Assembly (NCBI GenBank): GCA_964549305.1
Contig: CAZJVM010000082.1
Location: forward strand, 1 to 10,037
Reading direction: 5' to 3'
Length of the DNA: 10,037 nt
Source of the DNA: an uncultured bacterium
GTDB lineage: Bacteria; Schekmanbacteria; GWA2-38-11; J061
The notes under the pieces were generated by a model. That model was not told the DNA's origin, ran no database searches, and worked only from the letters and a program-made list of their open reading frames with translations. The translations under genes and the position numbers were made by a program. Shown here in pieces: positions 5,931 through 10,037 of this stretch (the first letter of the stretch is position 1; each line of letters opens with the position of its first letter).

Positions 5931-6782
5931 ATGCCTGAAAGAAAAAACAAAACGCCCGTATCCCTCGACTATGTGCCCACAAATTGCAAAATAGGTTCGG
6001 TTTCCACACTAACACCATCGGAAAAACTCATTCGAATAGAGATGCCTGAAGGCAGAGAATTGGGGCACAAACCCGGACAGTTTGTGCAGGTTTCAATTCC
6101 CGGACTCACCGAAGCACCTATCTCAGTTGCAAGTTCGCCTACGCGCAGGGGATATTTTGAACTTGGAGTAAGAAACGCGGGCACTTTTACAAGCGCGCTT
6201 CACCGCCTCGGCGAAGGTGACGAAGTCGGAATCAGAGGACCTTTCGGAACATACTTTGATATTGAAGCGATGAAGGGAAAAGATCTTCTGCTTATTTCGG
6301 GCGGATGCGGACTTGCGCCTATGCGCTCACTAATTCAATACTGCGAGGATAATATCGAGCAATTTAAAAGCGTAAAGATTCTCTACGGAGCGAAAACACC
6401 ACTGCAAATGCTATTTAAGGGTGAACTTTCGCAATGGGAAAAATCCGGACACTTTTACTGCCAATATACTGTTGATGAGAATACCGGAAGAAACGGATAT
6501 AAGGGCAGGATAGGGCTTATTACGAAACTGATACCTCCACTTGAAATTGATAAAGATAACACAATTGCAGTGATAGTCGGTCCCCCTGTTATGTACAGGT
6601 TTGTAATTGCGGAGCTTAAGAAAAAGGGAATCACGGAAGAGAAGATTATAGTTTCACTTGAACGTTATATGCGATGCGGAGTAGGCAAATGCGGACACTG
6701 CGTAATTGAGCATAAATACTGCTGCATAGACGGTCCCGTGTTTTGGTTAAAGGATGTAGCGGGACTCAGAGGAGCATTATGA
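5931..6782 (+). CDS. FAD/NAD(P)H-binding [2Fe-2S] oxidoreductase subunit (AsrB / sulfhydrogenase gamma HydG / FlxA-like), 283 aa
   Basis: PGQFVQV, EAPISVAS, GTFTSAL, RGPFG, SGGCGLAPMRS, LYGAK, VGPPVMY and SLERYMRCGVGKCGHC...C..GPVF ([2Fe-2S]). Confidence 0.93.
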   Translation: MPERKNKTPVSLDYVPTNCKIGSVSTLTPSEKLIRIEMPEGRELGHKPGQFVQVSIPGLTEAPISVASSPTRRGYFELGVRNAGTFTSALHRLGEGDEVGIRGPFGTYFDIEAMKGKDLLLISGGCGLAPMRSLIQYCEDNIEQFKSVKILYGAKTPLQMLFKGELSQWEKSGHFYCQYTVDENTGRNGYKGRIGLITKLIPPLEIDKDNTIAVIVGPPVMYRFVIAELKKKGITEEKIIVSLERYMRCGVGKCGHCVIEHKYCCIDGPVFWLKDVAGLRGAL

Positions 6783-8842
6783 AAAGGACTTTAACGACCT
6801 GTCCCTACTGCGGAACAGGTTGCCGTTTTTATCTCATTAGCGATGATTCCGGAAAGGTTTGCGGTGTCGAAGCGTCCACTGAGCATCATACAAGCAGGGG
6901 GCAGTTGTGCATCAAAGGGTGGAATGCCTATGAATTCGTAAATCATCCCGACCGCCTTACCGTTCCTCTTATACGCAAGAATGGGAAACTCAAACCTTCA
7001 TCGTGGGATGAAGCGCTTGATACAGTTGCAAAACGCCTAAAAGAAATATCCGAAAAACACGGTTCCGATTCCCTGATGTTTTTCTCGTCGGCAAAGACTA
7101 CGAATGAGGAAAATTTCGCAATGATGAAGCTTGCAAGGGCAGTTTTCAGGACAAACAACATTGACCACTGCGCGCGCCTTTGCCACTCGTCAACGGTTAT
7201 GGGACTTGCGGCAAGTTTCGGCTCCGGCGCGATGACAAACTCAATCTCCTGTATGGAGAAAGCCCGAGGCATTCTTGTAATCGGCTCAAACACAACTGAA
7301 CAGCATCCTCTTATAGGAACGAGAATCATCAACAATACCGCGGACAACGGATGTAACCTCATTGTGGCAGACAGCAGGTCAATACGCCTTTCCCGTTTCG
7401 CGAAACTTCATCTTCGCCACAAAAACGGCACTGATGTGGCGCTTCTGAACGGGATGATGAATGTGATAATCGCCGAAGGGCTCGAGGATAAAAAATTTAT
7501 CAGTGAGCGAACGGAAGATTTTGGAAAACTTAAAAAAACCGTTGAAACATATACACCGCAATATGTAGCGCGGATTACCGGATTGCAGTCAGAGGAGATA
7601 ATCGAGGCGGCGCGCATCTTTGCCGCAAACAAACCCGCAATGATTGTCTATGCAATGGGAATCACCCAGCACACTCACGGAGTTGACAATGTAAAAAGCT
7701 GCGCAAACCTTGCGATGCTCACGGGAAATCTCGGTATTGAAGGCGCAGGAGTAAATCCCCTTCGCGGGCAAAACAATGTTCAGGGCGCCTGCGATATGGG
7801 GGCGCTTCCAAATGTTTACAGCGGATATCAGAAGATTACGGACAAAGAAACACGGGAAAAATTCGAAAAAGCGTGGGAAGTTTCGCCCCTTCCCGATAAA
7901 GCGGGACTTACGGCAACAACGGCAATTACCGCCGCGGCAGAAGGGAAACTTAAGGCGCTTTATGTAATGGGTGAAAACCCCATTCTCTCCGATGCAAACC
8001 AAAAACACGTGCGGGGCGCTTTTGATAACATAGAGTTTCTCGTTGTGCAGGATATTTTTCCCACTTCAACCACTGAGCTTGCCGATGTAGTGCTTCCTGC
8101 CTGTTGTTTCGCAGAGAAGGACGGCACATTTACATCCACTGAGCGCGGTGTGCAGCGAGTAAGAAAAGCGGCAAACCCTCCCGGTGAATGTATGGACGAC
8201 TGGAAAATATTCGGTGAGATAGCGGGGCGTCTCGGATACGCAGGTCTCGATTATGTTTTTCCCGATGAAATACTCTCAGAGATAAATTCCCTTACACCAA
8301 GCTATGGAGGAATTACGCCCGGGCGCGTTGAAAATGAGCTGCTGCAATGGCCCTGCTATGATGAGAATCATCGGGGGACTCCTGTGCTTCACGAAAAGAG
8401 CTTTGCAAGAGGAAAGGGAAAATTCCATTCCGTTGAATATAAGCCCTCTGCCGAACTTCCCGATGAGGATTGGCCCTTTATGCTTTCCACGGGACGCTGT
8501 TATTTTCATTTTCATACGGGCACTATGACAAGGCGCTCGAAACTTCTTGACCGCGAGGAGAGGTTTCCATATGTGGAAATTCATCCCGATGATGCAAAAT
8601 ATCTCAAGCTGAATGACAGGGAGTTTTGTGTTGTTTCAACGCGAAGAGGCGAAGTTGAGGCGATGGCGCGGGTTACAGATGATGTTTTAGCTGGAAATAT
8701 TTTTATGCCCTTCCATTTTTTGGAGGGCGCGGCGAATGTGCTTACAAACAACGCCCTTGACCCCGAGGCGAAAATTCCGGAGTTTAAGGTTTGCGCGGCA
8801 AATGTGAGAAAAAAAGAAAATGAAAGCGTTAACAACTGCTGA
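6779..8842 (+). CDS. fdhF: Cytoplasmic Mo/W-bis-PGD formate dehydrogenase alpha subunit, cysteine-type, 687 aa
   Basis: Start moved to ATG6779 (ATGA overlap with the upstream stop; GAGGAG RBS). CPYCGTGC...LCIKG [4Fe-4S]; active site NNIDHCARLCH; PLRGQNNVQGACDMG; AEKDGTFT; C-terminal HTGTMTRR...PFHF...IPEFKVCA. No signal peptide. Confidence 0.95.
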   Translation: MKRTLTTCPYCGTGCRFYLISDDSGKVCGVEASTEHHTSRGQLCIKGWNAYEFVNHPDRLTVPLIRKNGKLKPSSWDEALDTVAKRLKEISEKHGSDSLMFFSSAKTTNEENFAMMKLARAVFRTNNIDHCARLCHSSTVMGLAASFGSGAMTNSISCMEKARGILVIGSNTTEQHPLIGTRIINNTADNGCNLIVADSRSIRLSRFAKLHLRHKNGTDVALLNGMMNVIIAEGLEDKKFISERTEDFGKLKKTVETYTPQYVARITGLQSEEIIEAARIFAANKPAMIVYAMGITQHTHGVDNVKSCANLAMLTGNLGIEGAGVNPLRGQNNVQGACDMGALPNVYSGYQKITDKETREKFEKAWEVSPLPDKAGLTATTAITAAAEGKLKALYVMGENPILSDANQKHVRGAFDNIEFLVVQDIFPTSTTELADVVLPACCFAEKDGTFTSTERGVQRVRKAANPPGECMDDWKIFGEIAGRLGYAGLDYVFPDEILSEINSLTPSYGGITPGRVENELLQWPCYDENHRGTPVLHEKSFARGKGKFHSVEYKPSAELPDEDWPFMLSTGRCYFHFHTGTMTRRSKLLDREERFPYVEIHPDDAKYLKLNDREFCVVSTRRGEVEAMARVTDDVLAGNIFMPFHFLEGAANVLTNNALDPEAKIPEFKVCAANVRKKENESVNNC

Positions 8843-9800
8843 ATTGAAATCGTTTCTTGAGTCGCTGACAGGCGAGTATGATGTGCGCGTACCCGTGAAA
8901 CTTCAGGACGGGACAAGGGCGCTCGGTCATCCCGATGAAGGCGCTCTTTGTATTGTAGGCGGACGGATAGCGAGAAAGCCCACTGATATATTTTTTCCTC
9001 AGCTTGATGTGATGCTTATGGCGCGAAAGGGGGAATTCAGTTTTGCCGGGAATGAAGAGAAGCCTTTTTTTGTTCTTGGATTTACGGCAGAGGATTGTGA
9101 ATGCCTTGAGTTTATCGACAGGTTTTATTCCGCGAATTTTCGCGACGAGATTTATTTTGCAAGGCGCGATAGCACGGTTATTGCCGCAATCTCGGGAAAA
9201 TGTGGAAGGGAAGGCGGAATGATGAAGATTGCAGGGGAAAATTGCGATTTGGAGTTTATAGGCGATGGAGAAAGATATATTGTTTCTGCATACTCTGAGG
9301 TGGGGAAAAAGCTTGAGGCAATGATGAAGTGTGAAATCAATGATGCTTCAATTGATGAGCTTAAAAAACTTTCGGATTCAATACCTGATGATGACTTGAT
9401 TATAATGAAAAAAGCTTCTGAGCTGATTCGAAAAGACGCGGTCCCTGATGAATTCTGGAAAGAGATTGCAGACCGCTGTATCTCCTGTACTGCCTGCAAT
9501 ATTTCCTGTCCGACGTGCACCTGCTTTGATGTATGCGACCACGACCGCGATAAATCCATTGAACGAAGCCGTCTCTGGGATTCCTGTCAGCTTGACGGAT
9601 TTATGAGGGAGGCAAGCGGTCATAACCCCATGGGCGTGGAATCCCTTAGAACAAGAAGGCGAATTCATCATAAGCTTGCCGCGGATTATGAAAGATGGGG
9701 GCATATTACCTGTTTTTTGTGCGGACGATGTGATGATGTATGCCCGACTAATATCGGGATTAAATCTGTTAACCGCGAAATCGTCAAACGCTTTGGATAA
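8820..9800 (+). CDS. 2x[4Fe-4S] subunit (AsrA / sulfhydrogenase beta HydB / FlxC-D-like), 326 aa
   Basis: W..IADRCISCTACNISCPTCTCF, R.WDSC, GHNP, R.R.RI.HK and CFLCGRCDDVCPTNI. Overlaps the fdh 3' end by 23 nt. Confidence 0.92.
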   Translation: MKALTTAELKSFLESLTGEYDVRVPVKLQDGTRALGHPDEGALCIVGGRIARKPTDIFFPQLDVMLMARKGEFSFAGNEEKPFFVLGFTAEDCECLEFIDRFYSANFRDEIYFARRDSTVIAAISGKCGREGGMMKIAGENCDLEFIGDGERYIVSAYSEVGKKLEAMMKCEINDASIDELKKLSDSIPDDDLIIMKKASELIRKDAVPDEFWKEIADRCISCTACNISCPTCTCFDVCDHDRDKSIERSRLWDSCQLDGFMREASGHNPMGVESLRTRRRIHHKLAADYERWGHITCFLCGRCDDVCPTNIGIKSVNREIVKRFG

Positions 9801-9921
9801 TAGTAGAATACCTGAGACACGGCGACACGGAGAAATTGAGATGCAGGGATGGGCAGAAGAATTTTAAAGAAGACTTGCTGCTTAAAGTGACTTTTGTCAA
9901 AAAAGCATGGGGGTGAATAGT

Positions 9922-10037
9922 ATGAGAAAAATAATCAAAGTCTTTTCAGGATTAGTTTTCGTTTTGCTTGTTTTTTCAAACTTTTCATACGCAGAGGATT
10001 TAACGCTTCTTTCGACATTCGATACGCCGGGTGATGC
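9922..10037 (+). CDS. 5' fragment of a secreted protein, probably LVIVD-repeat beta-propeller type (runs off the window)
   Basis: GGGGGTG RBS, then MRKIIKVFSGLVFVLLVFSNFSYA|EDLTLLSTFDTPGD... with a Sec signal ending in SYA. 'LLSTFDTPG' resembles the LVIVD repeat turn motif. Absent from the ORF track because it is truncated. Confidence 0.65.
   Translation, partial: MRKIIKVFSGLVFVLLVFSNFSYAEDLTLLSTFDTPGD

Noticed and set aside
5664-5938. ORFs 5696..5938(+) and 5740..5928(-), and a stop-free minus frame (…IVITQIVREIRHTVIPLPDNELL…) lacking a plausible 5' start
   Set aside because: No recognisable motifs or good RBS, and the two listed ORFs overlap the FDH promoter. A pseudogene remnant cannot be excluded without BLASTx.
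7160-7190. Selenocysteine/SECIS in FDH
   Set aside because: The active-site codon is TGC (Cys) in CARLCH; there is no in-frame TGA.
9816-9831. Tandem 8-mer GACACGG(C/A) x2
   Set aside because: Only two copies; too short to call a repeat element or CRISPR.
182-9867. Remaining short ORFs in the track that overlap the main genes
   Set aside because: Antisense or alternate-frame shadows of well-supported CDSs, without motifs.
1-10037. CRISPR arrays, tRNA/rRNA, transposases/integrases
   Set aside because: No regularly spaced repeats, cloverleaf/rRNA signatures or recombinase motifs seen.

Overview
Bacterial window with gene content typical of an anaerobe (taxon not determinable). It has three blocks. 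(1) A + strand tandem TIGR04076-like Cys/His protein is followed by a 51-aa ORF missing from the ORF track (932..1087). This ORF has a strong RBS, a YxxPxL RiPP-type leader and a 3-Cys core. (2) A convergent - strand run of four genes: a Tat-exported Cys-containing protein, a signal-peptide-bearing divergent HemF (coproporphyrinogen III oxidase)-fold protein, an AT-rich membrane-anchored SGNH hydrolase, and a radical SAM enzyme with a non-canonical CX8CX2C motif ending 51 nt from the peptide gene. (3) A + strand overlapping three-gene module encoding an AsrB/HydG-like FAD/NAD(P)H-[2Fe-2S] subunit, a Cys-type Mo/W formate dehydrogenase and an AsrA/HydB-like 2x[4Fe-4S] subunit, possibly on a leaderless mRNA. 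It is followed by the 5' end of a secreted LVIVD-like protein. The best candidates for an undescribed system are the peptide + CX8CX2C radical SAM locus and the exported HemF-like/Tat protein pair. All family calls come from motif recognition by eye; no database searches or folding calculations were run.
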